From NCBI GenBank assembly GCA_964016885.1, contig OZ024751.1, positions 39,246,001 through 39,310,000 of the forward strand: a DNA stretch of 64,000 nt, written 5' to 3'. The translations under genes and the position numbers were made by a program. Positions within the stretch are counted from its first letter, which is position 1; the number at the start of each line of letters is the position of its first letter. The notes under the pieces are model-generated. The model saw only the letters and a program-made list of their open reading frames with translations. It was not told the origin of the DNA and made no database searches. Of this stretch, positions 27,869 through 43,628 are shown piece by piece. The DNA comes from Eledone cirrhosa (lineage: Eukaryota).

Positions 27869-28470
27869 CAGTGGTCGCCAACCTTTCTAAAACCGAGGAA
27901 CCCTCTAAATATTTTGAATTCTTCCCGGAACCTATACAATACAAAACTTTTCAAAAAAGAATAATAAATTATTTATTTATTTTAGTGAACTTACGTTGTG
28001 AGAACAGCGAACTGACCCTGTCTCTCGGCTGAGAGACCTCGCTGAACTGAAGTTTTCAGTTTAAAGTTATGCTGTCACCGACCATTATTTACCTGTTCGT
28101 GATTGGTCAATTTCTAAGTTCAATTAGTGTATTATCACTAGTAGTCAAATGCTCGGAATTCAGAAAACTGTCTTTCCAAGAATTGATGTGAAATTGAAGG
28201 TATTCAATTTCCATGAATCTCAGAACAGTGCTTTTCTTCTAATTCAAGTGAGAAACTAAAAGTAGTGTTTTCCACGAATTGGAGTGGAGAACCTGTGTAC
28301 ACTACAATAGTACTCGTTCATTTATACATTGCACCTTTGGCATTTTCTTTGCACCTTTTTCAGAAAACCCAAAATATTAATGGTAATGTAAATATTTATT
28401 TTTTTTAAGGAACCCGGAGTTTGTTTTACGGAACCCCAAGGTTCCGCGGAACCCATGTTGGCGACCACTG
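27869..28470. mobile_element. Non-autonomous hAT (Charlie/Buster-type) DNA transposon, 602 bp
   Basis: Perfect 14-bp TIR CAGTGGTCGCCAAC / GTTGGCGACCACTG and perfect 8-bp TSD AGTTAGGC (27861-68, 28471-78; NNNTANNN pattern). Subterminal GGAACC repeats. Minus-strand remnants ERQFSEF and KLQFSEVS resemble a hAT transposase C-terminal region. Confidence 0.93.
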
Positions 28471-28799
28471 AGTTAGGCAGTATATATATGTGTGTGTGTG
28501 TATGTGTGTGCATGTGTGTGTGTGTCTGTCTGTGTTATATATATATTTTTATATAGCATATGTTGTAATAGAGCACATATCAGATTAAATGAACCAGTGT
28601 GAGATAGAAGGTGCAGGTCACCGTTTTCACTCGCCCTGCTAGAAATAGCAGTAAAATTCTTCTAAAACAACGCCACACTTTACTACCAACAACCCCCACC
28701 ACTAACACCAAATAAATATATAAAAGACATTGGCAAACAAACACACATATATATATATATATTGGCAAACATATAGACATAGACATATAGACATATATA

Positions 28800-29056
28800 A
28801 CTTTCTTTTTATTTGCCACCAGGGCATCAAAAAGTGGGACAGGTACAATGGGGGGAGTTTACATAAAAAGGCGTCCTCAATAAGGAGGAGGCAATAACAA
28901 GATATAAAAATAAAGTAAAATATAACAAAAATAAATTTAATAACAAAATCCTCAATAGGGAGGAGGCGCCTTGGGGAGTCACACACACCCCCGAAAAAAA
29001 GTCTGCAACCCTTCTCCTCAGGAGCACAGAGAGGGGCTGCTCCCTTGACCTTTTAT
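28800..29056 (-). mobile_element. Third 3' tail of the L1/Tx1-like group (a short fourth copy lies at 30731-30770)
   Basis: TTTATTTGCCACCAGGGCATCAA..GTGGGACA..GGGGGAGTTTACATA is the reverse complement of the motif at 27082/27414. Confidence 0.55.
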
Positions 29057-29603
29057 AGACATATATATATATAGCCATTTAACCATATAACCATCTCCAC
29101 CTATTGAGTACTCAGTGTCATATGCCCGTGGGGCCAGATGCACACGTGGTGGTGTTAACAGTTGACCAAACCCTGCTATCCATTGTTCAAATATGAACCA
29201 AATATAGAAATATCGTAGAGTTAAAATGAAACAAAGACTTGAGGAAAATTAATTATGAAATCATATTTTTCATATAATAGTCTAATATATACTTTATGGT
29301 AGATTTTTTTGTCATTGTTGTTGTTTTTGTTGGTGGTTTTGTCGTTGGTTTTATTGTTGTTGATGGTCTTGATGTATTTTTTTTGCTCTTGTTTTTTGTT
29401 GGTGGTGTTGTTGTTTTACAGAAAAAATATCAAATAAGTATGTAACATCAAATCTTTATAGTTTTATTGAACGAAATGAAATTATGACAAAACAGTTTAA
29501 GTTTTCTTGCTTACAATTTGACACAGCTGTCTGAATTTGATCCGCCAGTACCAACTCACTCACAACATCCACCAGTACCAACTCAGACACAATACGCCCC
29601 TAT

Positions 29604-29635
<32 letters not shown>

Positions 29636-29636
29636 G

Positions 29637-29717
<81 letters not shown>

Positions 29718-30584
29718 TTATATATGTGTGTGTGTATTTTTCTATGTATGTATATATATATATGTGTGTGTATGTAAATATATATATGTGTGTGTATGTA
29801 AATACACCTATGTCTTTTCTGTGTGTGAGCAAGTAATAGAGGGAGAGAAAAGTACAAAACAAGAAGTATGTAAACTATTTTATGTAAGAGTAAGTTTAAA
29901 GACAATCTCTATATCCGAGTATAATAAGTTTATAATGCTAGTTCGGAACCCCTCTTTAAACGGATTTGTCTTGCATCCCATCAGGGCATCCTGTTAGATT
30001 TGTTACTCTAGTATAGATTGTACATTTACCTCCCCCTTTTAAAAACCTTCTCACGAATGAATGATTATATAAAGTCTTATTATATATAGAAGTCACATCT
30101 TAATCCCATCAATTAATCCTCGGTCGGCTACCAAATATCTCACAGCCGTTTATTTATACGACTAGATTAAAGTTCTTTTATACAATAAGAACCATTTTTA
30201 TCTTTTTAATAGTCGTAGCAAACGGCTTTATGTTATGTAATCTCGAATCTAAATCTTGTTTGCTTATGCAGCTAGGATAAAAAAAAAATGTCATTATATT
30301 TGGAGTCGTATAAATGAAAACATAATCAGAATGAGGCTCTTGTGGGGATTGAAATACAATGAAAGAAAATAGAGGTAGTAGATGATATTGAGGACAGTGA
30401 CGGGTCTAAAAGTTCATTGGTTAGTATTGTAGTCTTGCGATGGTGTGGGGGAGAGTTAGTGAAGATACAGAGAGAGAGAAATCAACAGAGAAATCAAGAG
30501 AGAGCGGGTTGGAGAAAGAAATCGGAAAAATTGCTTGTCCTAGTGAAAACTCTTTGCCCAAATCGAGATTAGTTATGCCATGTG

Positions 30585-30714
<130 letters not shown>

Positions 30715-30843
30715 TGGATAGATAGATATGTTTCTTTTATTTGCCACCAGGGCATCAACAGTGGGACAATAGATAGATAGATATTTATACATATATATGT
30801 ATATAAATATATATGTGTGTGTATTTATGCAGATACATAAATG

Positions 30844-30898
<55 letters not shown>

Positions 30899-30899
30899 G

Positions 30900-30938
<39 letters not shown>

Positions 30939-30951
30939 GATATATATATAT

Positions 30952-31099
<148 letters not shown>

Positions 31100-31409
31100 G
31101 AATAAAGATATGTATATATAAATATATATATATGTGTGTGTGTATAGGTGTGTGTGTGTGTGTTTGTGTGTATTTTTCTATATGTATTTTTGCTGGTAAG
31201 TTTCAGTTTATCTTGACAGACGATCAAGCGTTCACAGAGAATAATGTAGAGAAGTTAGACCAATACATTTGAAATAATTGTGACAGACGAGACAAGTAAA
31301 ATATATGAAGACACCTAAACAACGACAGGACCGCCATTAAGATATACGAAAACATATATACATGAAGAACATATACTTATACATACATGCATATATATAA
31401 ATGTATATT

Positions 31410-31440
<31 letters not shown>

Positions 31441-31550
31441 TTGTGTGTGTGTGTGTATTTATATATATATATATATATAAATGTTATATTTTATATATAT
31501 ATATATTTATACATACATATATATATTTATATATAAAGGTATTATATATA

Positions 31551-31582
<32 letters not shown>

Positions 31583-31631
31583 ATGGGTGTATTTATATAT
31601 ATATGTATATATATATATATATATGTTATAT

Positions 31632-31707
<76 letters not shown>

Positions 31708-31796
31708 TTATATATAAAGATATTATATATAATATTTATATATATATATATAGTATACACACACGAAGACCAACGTACGGACATATATATATATAT

Positions 31797-31907
<111 letters not shown>

Positions 31908-32767
31908 CATGTGTGTGCGTGTTTTTATGTATGTCAATTTGCATTTGAAAAGAGAGCGAAAGGCAGACGGATACAAAGAGAGAAAGTGTGAGTGTTTTCT
32001 GGGTTGATGAGAGAGGAAGAGAGAGAGACATATACAGAGAGAGAAAATCAGAGAGAGAGAGAGGGGGAGGGAGAGGGGGATATGCAGAGAATGCTATAAT
32101 GTGAGTTGGACATTGAGAGTGTGTGTCGGTGGGCTGTTGGTGTGATAGTGTTTATTTTTGTGTATATGTATATGTGAATGTGTATTTGTTCATATATGTG
32201 TATGTATATGTGTATATGTGCGTATGTATATGTGGGGTGTTCGTGTGATAGTATTATATTACTGTATATGTATATATGAATGTGTATTTGTTCATATTTA
32301 TGTGTGTGTATATGTGTGTATGTATCCGTGGGGAGTTTGTGTGATAGCATGTATATTTGTGTATATGTATATATGAATGTGTATTTGTGTATATATATAT
32401 ATATATATATGTGAATGTGTGTTTGTTCACATATATGTGCGTGTATGTGTGTGTATGTGTGTGTGGAATAGAAAGAAGAATGTACTTGGAAGAGATGTGA
32501 ACTAACAAATAAAACAAGAAAACAAATAAAGAAAAAAATAAACAAAATCCAAATTGTATTCGTGACTATTTTACTCTGTAAAGCCACTAAAGAGGAGAAA
32601 TTTTGTGAAGCAACACCAGTGTACTGTAGAAAATATATTTAGGGGGGAAAATAGTAGCCACCAGCCCCGACGATGAAGCGAAACCCGCACTTCTTTGTTG
32701 CGGTTCTTAGCCATTTTTTCCATCCCTAAAGGTAATTTGAATAAGTTTCTGAAGTCATTATTATCGT

Positions 32768-32847
32768 TTCATCCTTACGGGGTCGATAAAATAAAGTACC
32801 AGTAATGTACTGGGATAATTGCTGGCCTTGTGCCAATAGTAGAAACA
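32768..32847 (+). mobile_element. 5'-truncated young SINE with 11-bp TSD ATTATTATCGT
   Basis: TSD at 32757-67 and 32848-58. Confidence 0.85.
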
Positions 32848-32860
32848 ATTATTATCGTAA

Positions 32861-33055
32861 GAGCGGTGAATTAGCAGTATCGGTAGAGGGTTGGACGCCA
32901 TTCTTTCTAGCATAGTTACGTCCCTTTATGGTCTGATTTCAAATCCTGCCGATGTTAACTTTGCTTTCTCATCCTTACGGGGTCGATAAAATAAAGTACC
33001 TGTAATACACTGGGATAATTGCTGGCCTTGTGCCAAAAGTAGAAACAATTATTAT
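32861..33055 (+). mobile_element. Full-length young SINE
   Basis: Same head, core and tail as 13525. Confidence 0.92.
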
Positions 33056-33111
33056 TTATAACACTCGACTGTTGCTACAGTTATTTTCTTCAGTTAGATT
33101 CTTATATATAC

Positions 33112-33232
<121 letters not shown>

Positions 33233-33245
33233 TATACATACATAA

Positions 33246-33282
<37 letters not shown>

Positions 33283-33294
33283 TACTAAGTACCC

Positions 33295-33364
<70 letters not shown>

Positions 33365-33433
33365 TATATATATATATTATATATATATATATCATGTATT
33401 ATTACATAACAATATATATTATATATATAAAAT

Positions 33434-33575
<142 letters not shown>

Positions 33576-33607
33576 TGCTATTTTTCCTCTGCCATGCGTA
33601 CAACGTA

Positions 33608-33658
<51 letters not shown>

Positions 33659-33873
33659 ATATGATTGGTATTTTTCTCTGCCATGCGTACAACGTAAAGC
33701 TAGGTTCAACCATCAACAACACTATCAAACCAGCTCCCCAGTCTTTCGTTTAGATCAATCACTATTTATCAATCAATACGGTTCGTATTTCAATTATTTC
33801 AAATATAAACACGATTATTCTCAGTCAAGGAAATCATATATAGTTTTGTATATATGTTCGTTCGTGTATATAT

Positions 33874-34035
<162 letters not shown>

Positions 34036-34392
34036 GAACAGTGGATGGTTGTTTCTGAATGGCAGTTCTGTTGACATAATTTCTGGATTTGGTTCCATAC
34101 TGATCTCTTTTCCAATGTCACTTTGACCTTTTCTTTGAATACCCCACGCCCCACCACCCAGTTCCCACTCTGTAGCATAAAAAAAAATAATAATAATAAT
34201 AAATCAACAGAAATGAAAAAAAATATCATCAACATTTTAAATAGAAAGCTGCAATATTTTTTTTTCTTTTCAACCAACTGGAAAGGATTTTATCTGGCAT
34301 TGCCAAATTAGTTTTACTGCGTCTCTCTCCCTCTCTATTTCTCTCTATCTATATATCTCTATGTCTCTCTGTCTCTCTCGCTCTCTCTCTCA

Positions 34393-34426
<34 letters not shown>

Positions 34427-34618
34427 GTCTCTCTCTCACTCTCTCACTCTCTCTCACTCTCTCTCTCTCTCTCTCTCTTTCTCTCACTCTCTCTCTCTCT
34501 CTCTCTCCATATATATATATATATTACTCACCCTCAATCATTCTCATTTAGTTACTTTCTCCTTCTCTTTCTTCATCTCTATATCCCCCTTTCATTTTTA
34601 GTATCACTCTCTCTCTCC

Positions 34619-34671
<53 letters not shown>

Positions 34672-34745
34672 ACCTCCACCGGTTACTCCCATATGAAATC
34701 TTACACTTCTTCTAGTTATTCTTATTCTTCAAGTCCGTCTATCTA

Positions 34746-34792
<47 letters not shown>

Positions 34793-34968
34793 AATTATGT
34801 ATATATATATATATATAGCTTTCTATCTATGTATCTATGTATCTCTCTACATATCTATCTTTCTTTCGTTCTGTGATTAAATGATACGAAGCGCAGAGAG
34901 AAAAAAAAATCATCATACGCACATATACAAATATGCATGCACAAATGCACACACACACATGCACACAC

Positions 34969-34999
<31 letters not shown>

Positions 35000-35458
35000 T
35001 ACATACTTGCTTGCACAAACGCACTCATACATACACACACACAAACACAAACATATACAATCATACATACCAGCAGACACGCACGCCTGAAAACACACGT
35101 ACACTGACAATCGCAAACATACATACACAAAAACACACAAACACACACACACATATACACATACACACACATACACACAGACATGCAGAGTTTCTCTATA
35201 TCCAATCAATAACAAAATTGCTTTGATTTTCGCAAATCTTATTTATTCCAATGTCTGCAATTTATATATATAGTTTTTTTATTCTTTACAATCATGGATT
35301 GATGAATTTTTTCCCCTCTCATTGAGGATGGAAGCACCCACAGACATACACACACACACACACACACAGTCACACACAGTCACACACATGCATACTCGCC
35401 GCATACTCGTGCAAATACACACACATACAAATATAAATATATATATACATATACAGGC

Positions 35459-35491
<33 letters not shown>

Positions 35492-35515
35492 CAGGCACAT
35501 ACATACATATATATG

Positions 35516-35630
<115 letters not shown>

Positions 35631-36477
35631 TTATATATATATATATATATACATACATAAGTACATATATATATGCATGCATGTTTGGTTGGTATTCCGC
35701 TTTTCGATAAAAGAAACGAATGTATATAAAGTAATTTCGGTTCTGGTGGGAGTTTGTTGTAATAGTGAGTCGTCTAATGTAAAATCAATTAAGTTTGTTT
35801 TATCAATAAGGGTCTGTGCGCATGTCACATCCAGTTATATTGATACCTAATCCATTCTCCAAAGCTGAAAAATGAAACTACGAATTGAAAAACTTTGATT
35901 CTCTGTAATAAAATCGCCAATATGTCAGTCAAATTTTTATAACTTTTAAACACTTTCATCAGCTTTTTTTTTTATTATTTGTGTTACTGTTGTTGCTGTT
36001 GTCGATGTTGTTGTTGTTATTTTTCGATGTTATTGTTGTTGTTACAATCTTTTACGCTATTCAATTCATAATTGACCGAATCACAACGCCCACCATCACA
36101 TGCCATTTTATAAAAATAACTTTCAAAAAGATACTTAAATATTTGGAATTATACAGCGTAGAAGCTATCATATATTTAGCGTGTTTGATCGCATGTATCT
36201 AGGATATAAGTTCGTGTCCTATCGAGATCCCTGATACAACTTCCATTGCAACTAAGTCGATGTACAGGTTTAAAATTGTGGTTTAAAATACAGGTTTAAA
36301 ATTAAGCAGTGATTGACCAGAAATTGAGCAGAGACAAAACTATTTTGTCTTTATCATGAATGACACAGTTGGAGATGTACTGTCTTAGCCCTAAAAAGGG
36401 TCATATGTTCTATTCCTCATCCTGAATAAGTGATAAAAAAAACTAGATGGAATTGCTCGATATACAGTGATATGTAT

Positions 36478-36689
36478 ATAAGTTGAAATGTTTCATAGGC
36501 TGACTATGAAGGAATGATACTTGAGCTGTGAAATCTTGCATGCCTTAATTTCAACTCATCATAATAATAACTGCATTGTTTCTTTCCAGGGATCATGTTG
36601 AAAAATAAACCTCATTTGGTCAATCTATGAGAGTGTCTTGGCAGTTAATGTGAACTTTTCATGTTATCAACTTTTCGTCCGACCTTGTA
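36478..36689 (+). mobile_element. Mariner-like internal-deletion derivative
   Basis: Imperfect TIRs TGAAATGTTTCATAGGCTGAC / GGCAGTTAATGTGAACTTTTCA. 36591-36608 encodes DHVEK*, like the mariner transposase C-terminal GDYVEK*. Confidence 0.65.
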
Positions 36690-37157
36690 GAATAAGGATT
36701 CCTCTATTGTAAAGTAAGACAATAAATACAGATGTTTGTTGTTTGTTTCTGGTAGAACAATAAATATAGATTTCCGTGGTTTCAACAGAACATTGAACCG
36801 CGCTCACGTCATGCGCTTGTCAAGAATTCTCCTTCTGTACAAGGAATCATTTATTTAAATTGTCAGCCAAGTCACTCGACGACAAGACAAAGCGTCTTAT
36901 TTTTTACCAATTTATTGTTGTTTTGACAAAGCTCCCAGTATATGTCCTTTGCTAATGTTTTGTAGCTAATTGAGGAAAAACTATAGTCAACATCCGATAC
37001 CATATATCACCTGAAAAGCGACATATAGGCGTATATATGCATACACACACATATATGTGTGTATATATATATATATAAATATATACATATATATATATAT
37101 ATATATACACACAATATATATATAAATATATATACATACACACACATATATTTGTGT

Positions 37158-37195
<38 letters not shown>

Positions 37196-37311
37196 CTTAT
37201 ATATATATATATATATATATATAAGTATATATACATACACATACATATATGTATATATATATATACACAATACATATATATATATATATATATATATAAA
37301 TATATATATAT

Positions 37312-37354
<43 letters not shown>

Positions 37355-37357
<3 letters not shown>

Positions 37358-37664
37358 CAAAGGAATTGTGGTAAGGAACCAGATAGACCATAACGCACCA
37401 GAGTACTCAATACTTAGGGTAGTAGAGTGAGAAATAGGAAAAAGTATGACCCCGACGGCAGGGCTCAAGCCATTTCGACGGCTATTTCTGTGCAGAAATA
37501 GACGTCAAAGCGGCTTGAGCCCTGCCGTCGGGATCATACTTTTTCCTATTTCTCACTCTACTACCCTAAGTAGTAGAGTGAGAAATAGGAAAAAGTATGA
37601 CCTCGACGGCAGGGCTCAAGCCGTTTCGACGGCTATTTGGTTCCTTACCACAATTCCTTTGTTA
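37355..37664. mobile_element. Multiply inverted PLE-like terminal fragment with three partial hammerhead copies
   Basis: 27-bp outer inverted repeat (37355-81 / 37638-64); 80-bp hairpin arms 37411-37490 / 37493-37572 with 5 mismatches; third copy 37572-37638. Best copy reads GAA-ACGGC-loop-GCCGT-C. Confidence 0.8.
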
Positions 37665-37776
37665 TATATATATATATATATACACAATATATATATGTAT
37701 ATATATATATATACAAAGATTATATATATATATATATATATATATATACAAAGATTTTATATATATATATACAAAG

Positions 37777-37854
<78 letters not shown>

Positions 37855-37886
37855 AAGATTTTATATATATATATACAAAGATTATA

Positions 37887-37924
<38 letters not shown>

Positions 37925-37989
37925 CAAAGATTATATATATATATATACAAAGATTATATATATATATACATATATATATATACAAAGAT

Positions 37990-38045
<56 letters not shown>

Positions 38046-38580
38046 GACGATGTCCTATATTAAGTAGTTCAATTAGAAAAGATAAAGATCGCCACTCTCA
38101 GATATCAAATCTCAACAGACATAATACAACTGTTCTTTCTCATCTACTTCATTGAATTCACAAAAGGTTTGCCTAATATTAGAGCTTTTTTTTTCTTATT
38201 ACTACACCTTTCTTCTTCTTCATCTTTTTGGGAAAATAGTCCGTCATTCCTGTCCTTCTCCGTTTTTCAGTCCGTATTAAATTATTTTGTCACGCCACGT
38301 ACAATCTTATCTCTCATTCCCCCTCGCCGCCACATTCTTTCATTCTCTCACACACGTAAACACTTCTCTCCTACCCTACACAAGTACATCCATACGAACA
38401 TACACACACACATACATACGTATATAGATACATAAATACACATACATACATTCATACATGTATATATATGTATATATATATATATGTGTGTGTGTGTATG
38501 TTTATTTATATATATATATATATATATGCATATATATGCATATATATATATGTATATAAATATATATATATATATATATA

Positions 38581-38640
<60 letters not shown>

Positions 38641-38658
38641 TATACATATATATATGTA

Positions 38659-38714
<56 letters not shown>

Positions 38715-38862
38715 CATACATATATATATGTATCTATCTATCTATCTATCTCTCTCTCTATATATATATATATCAATACGCTCCTAACACACACAAAAAA
38801 CACATACTCACATACATACGTGATACATACATATATACAGACATTCACTGACACACACACAC

Positions 38863-38910
<48 letters not shown>

Positions 38911-40387
38911 TTACACACAACCTCAGTTTCTGCTTCCCGTACACACATACATACATAGATACATCGTTGTACACAGATATATATATACATATACTTTCAC
39001 ACATTCACACTTACATAGATACACAATGCTGAGACACATGTACACTTATGTACTTATACACTCTCTCACATACACACTTACATATAATGATACACGAGCA
39101 CACACTAATACTTACATACATTCACAAAAATATACTGTTTCACATACACATACATAGATACACCGACACGCACACGCACACATACACACACACATAACTA
39201 TATACATACTTGTCTGGCATCCATCTTGTTTTGTGTTTCTCTTTATTTCTGTTTCTGTTTTGCTTTATTTTGTGGTTTTGTTTTTTCTATTTGGTAGTAT
39301 TTCTTACAAGTTCTTCCCCGACCACACCTCAAACCCGACACCCCGTTTCAGATGACAGCTTGGAAAGATTCTGTTCTTTCTTCAATGCAAAAGACATCTC
39401 TCTAAGAAAAATTATTCCATCGTGACGTGTTACCATTTTTAAAAATACTTTCCCTAGTGTTTCCTCCTAACAAACCGCAATTCTTCTCTTGGTGTTTATC
39501 TTCCGAATTCTTTCTTCTTGTTCATTATATATTTTATATTATACATTTTTATGGGTTTTGTGGTCTGTTTTTTTTTTTTCCTATTTTTTCTGATATTTAT
39601 TTTCGTGGATGTTTTTTTTAATATATATATATTGTTTTTCACTTTTCACTGTGTTAGTTTTTTTTTATACTATTTTTTTAATTATTTTGCTAGTTGTTAT
39701 TTTTTTTTTTTTTTTTTTTTTTTTTGGGGGGGGGGGGTATTTTTATCTTATTTCGGCCATTTTTGATTTAATGCTATTGGGACGTTGAAGGACAATAAAA
39801 ATGAAAAGCAACAATAACAGCAGAATGAATAGTACTTTCGATGGACTGATAAATGGGTTGATGGATCAATCGATCAGTGATTTATTGATGAATGCTTCTT
39901 TGGCAAATAGAGCAACAAACAGGCTCCAAGAAGCAAATAAAGGAAATGATTAGCAAATGGAGGGGAAATTGGTAGGACAATCGAATGACGTTGGACAGGC
40001 GATTGGTTGGACACTGGGTGAGACAGACACATTTAAGGTATATACACACATATATATATGTGTGTGTAGACACACATACACACATGTATACACACCTAGA
40101 CGTACTCCCGACAGGCACATACACATATATACACACACACACACAAATACATACGCATATATGTATATACATATATACATATGTGTGTATGTAGACAGAT
40201 ATATAAATGTGTGTATATGTTTATATATATGTAAATATGTATATGCATATATGTATGTGTATATATGTATATCCATATACATATATACACATACATATAT
40301 GTATACATACATATATGTATGAATACATATATACATATACATATTTACATAGATATGCAAACACACAGACAAAACGCACACACAACC

Positions 40388-40470
<83 letters not shown>

Positions 40471-40516
40471 CATTAATATATTTATATATATATATATGTG
40501 TGTGTATGTATATATG

Positions 40517-40587
<71 letters not shown>

Positions 40588-40612
40588 ATATATATATATA
40601 AAATATTATATA

Positions 40613-40759
<147 letters not shown>

Positions 40760-42084
40760 TGTTTGAATGATAGATAGAATGACAGATAGATATGTTTGCG
40801 ACAGAGATCAGAGGTGATGGGTTGGATCTGAAATGAGGAAGATAAATAGATAGACAACAGATGAAAATATTGTCCATTATTGTAAAAAGAAATGGTCGCA
40901 AGAATAAAAATAATAATAGTAATAACGTGATCACATAACAAAAAAAGAAACGAATGAAAGGTGAGGATGATGTTGTGATTGACCCATGGGACATGCCTGA
41001 AGACTAGCATAATGACGGACGGACGGACAAATCTAGAGAATATAATAAAGAAAGATAAAAAGCAGTCGTGCCAAGCGAGAGTGAGAGAGAATGACAGAGT
41101 AAGAGAAAGATGAATTGTTGCCGAGCTAGAACTAACAGAAACAAACAAATATATAATATAAACATAGAAGGACATACAAGAAGTGGAAGAGAAAAAGAAA
41201 TGATAATAATAGAAATACAGAACCTGAAACAAAACAAAAATTAATAATATTAATAATAACAATAATAACAATAATAATAATAATAATATTCAAGAAACAA
41301 AAGAGCAACAAATTGAGTGAATTGATGATTAAATCTATTGAAGAGAAGGCAAATTAAAATTGATATAAAAACAAACGCAAATGATGGTAAAATTTTCGTT
41401 ATAATCCGTGCCGTGTAAATTAGAAAAAATCAGCTGTATTATATTCAGACTGGTTTATTTTCAGAGAACATCCTGAATTATGCAGACGACCGTATTCTTT
41501 TTTTTTTTGTGAGTGAGTCTGTGTGTGTGTTTTTTGTGGGGGAGATTCGTGCGGGCGTAGAAAGAATGAAGGAATGAGGGGAGATAGAGAACGTGGTGAG
41601 AAGGTAGAAATTGTGTGAGGAGGAACGAAGGAAATGGAGAAAGGCAAAAAATAAAAAGTGATAAAATGAAGAGCAAATAATACCAGAAGCGTTTTGGTGT
41701 GGTGTGGTATGTTATGGTGTGGGGTAATGTGATGTAGTGTGGTGTGATGTGGTGTGGTGTTGTATCGTTTGGTATATTGTAATGTGATGGGGTGTGTTAT
41801 GGTGTGGTGTAATGTCGTGTTGTGTGCTGTAGAACTGTGTGATATTATGTAACGTGATATTGTGAAATGGGATGTTGTGTAAAATGCTGTGATTGTGTGT
41901 GATTTGTATGTTGTAGAGTGGTGTGGTTTAGACTGTTGAGGTGGAGTGTAATGTAGTGTGGTGTAGACTGGTGTAGAGTGGTGTTGTGTAGTGTAGAGTG
42001 GTGTCGTGAGGTGTGACATTGTGTATTGTGGTGTTGTATGATACGGTGTGATTTAGTGTGGGGTTGTGGGGTATAGACAGAAAT

Positions 42085-42740
42085 TTTGTGGTGTGGTATA
42101 GACTACCATTGTGTGGTATAGATAGGCGTTGAGTGATGTGGTATAGACTGGCGTTGAGTGGTGTGGTATAGACTGGCGTTGTGTGGTGTGGTATAGACTG
42201 GCGTTGTGGGGCGTTGAGTGATGTGGTATAGACTGGCGTTGAGTGGTGTGGTATAGACTGGCGTTGAGTGGTGTGGTATAGACTGGCGTTGTGGGGCGTT
42301 GTGTGGTGTGGTATAGACTGGCGTTGAGTGGTGTGGTATAGACTACCATTGTGTGGTATAGATTGGCGTTGAGTGGTGTGGTATAGACTGGCGTTGAGTG
42401 GTGTGGTATAGACTGGCGTTGTGGGGCGTTGTGCGGTGTGGTATAGACTGGCGTTGAGTGGTGTGGTATAGATTGGCGTTGAGTGGTGTGGTATAGACTG
42501 GCGTTGTGGGGCGTTGTGTGGTGTGGTATAGACTGGCGTTGAGTGGTGTGGTATAGACTGGCGTTGTGGGGCGTTGTGTGGTGTGGTATAGACTGGTGTT
42601 GTGTGGTATAGACTGGTGGTGTGTGGTACAGACTAGCGTTGTGTGGTGTAGTGTAGAGTAGCGTTGTGTGGTGTGGTATATACTGGCGTTGAGTAGTATA
42701 GAGTGGTGCTGTGTGGTATAGACTAGCATTGAGTGGTATA
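42085..42740. repeat. 25-bp minisatellite (GAGTGGTGTGGTATAGACTGGCGTT) with 10-bp inserts
   Basis: Direct tandem units grading into degenerate GTG repeats (41690-42080). Confidence 0.93.
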
Positions 42741-42889
42741 GAGAGGACTGGTGAGCTAGGGCGAAGTAGGGTGGGGGGATGTGGAATGAATGAAATCAAT
42801 AAAAGACTTTTAAATAACAAAAATAATACAGAATATATAGAAGACTTATAAAACTGAAGAGGAAGAAGACCAAAAAACAAGAATATGAT

Positions 42890-43075
42890 ATAATTATTTC
42901 TAATTTAGGCACATGGCCATCAATATGGGGTATAGAAATGTCGATTTTATCAACCTCAGTACATGACTGGTACTTAATTTTATCGAGCCCAGCACGATGA
43001 TAAGCAAAGACGAGTTCAGCAGGATTTGAACTCGGAACTTAGAAAATCCAGGAATAAAATTTCAGCCATTTTGTA
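42890..43075 (-). mobile_element. Old SINE copy, main family
   Basis: AGGCACATGGCC..CAGTACATGACTGGTACTTAATTTTATCGA..GGATTTGAACTCGG. Confidence 0.75.
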
Positions 43076-43365
43076 CGAAAATACTCACCAGGTATGAAAT
43101 ATAACGAAAAATGTGAAATAAGTAAATTTAGAATAGAGAGGTGAAGGGGAGGTTCAGGTGTGAACTAGACATTTCTTCACCGGAAGTGAAAAAATTATAG
43201 AAGTTTGTTTTCACAATAAGTGTCTGTTCTGAGTTCATTCTCAATTTCTCTCTGTCTCACCATACATACATACATACATAGAAATATACATACATAAATA
43301 CATACATACATAGAAATATACATACATAAATACATACATACATACATAGAAATATATATACATAA

Positions 43366-43457
<92 letters not shown>

Positions 43458-43522
43458 TCATAGATATATGTATATATATACATATACATATATTTATGCA
43501 TGAACATATATATATATATACA

Positions 43523-43612
43523 TTTTCCTATTACCCACTCTAATACCCTAAGTATTGAGTACTCTGGTGCGTTATGGTCCATCTGGTTCCTTACCACACT
43601 TCCTTCATTATA
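43523..43612 (+). mobile_element. Terminal fragment related to the 37355 element
   Basis: TTTCCTATT..CCCTAAGTATTGAGTACTCTGGTGCGTTATGGTCCATCTGGTTCCTTACCACA is nearly identical to the reverse complement of 37360-37440; TA-flanked. Confidence 0.85.
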
Positions 43613-43628
43613 TATATACACCACAAAA

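Noticed and set aside
32673-32737. ATG...AAG|GTAATT as a signal-peptide exon
   Set aside because: The ATG frame stops before the donor and the other frames contain stops.
40967-41002. C/D-box snoRNA (ATGATG...CTGA)
   Set aside because: Imperfect C box, too short, no terminal stem.
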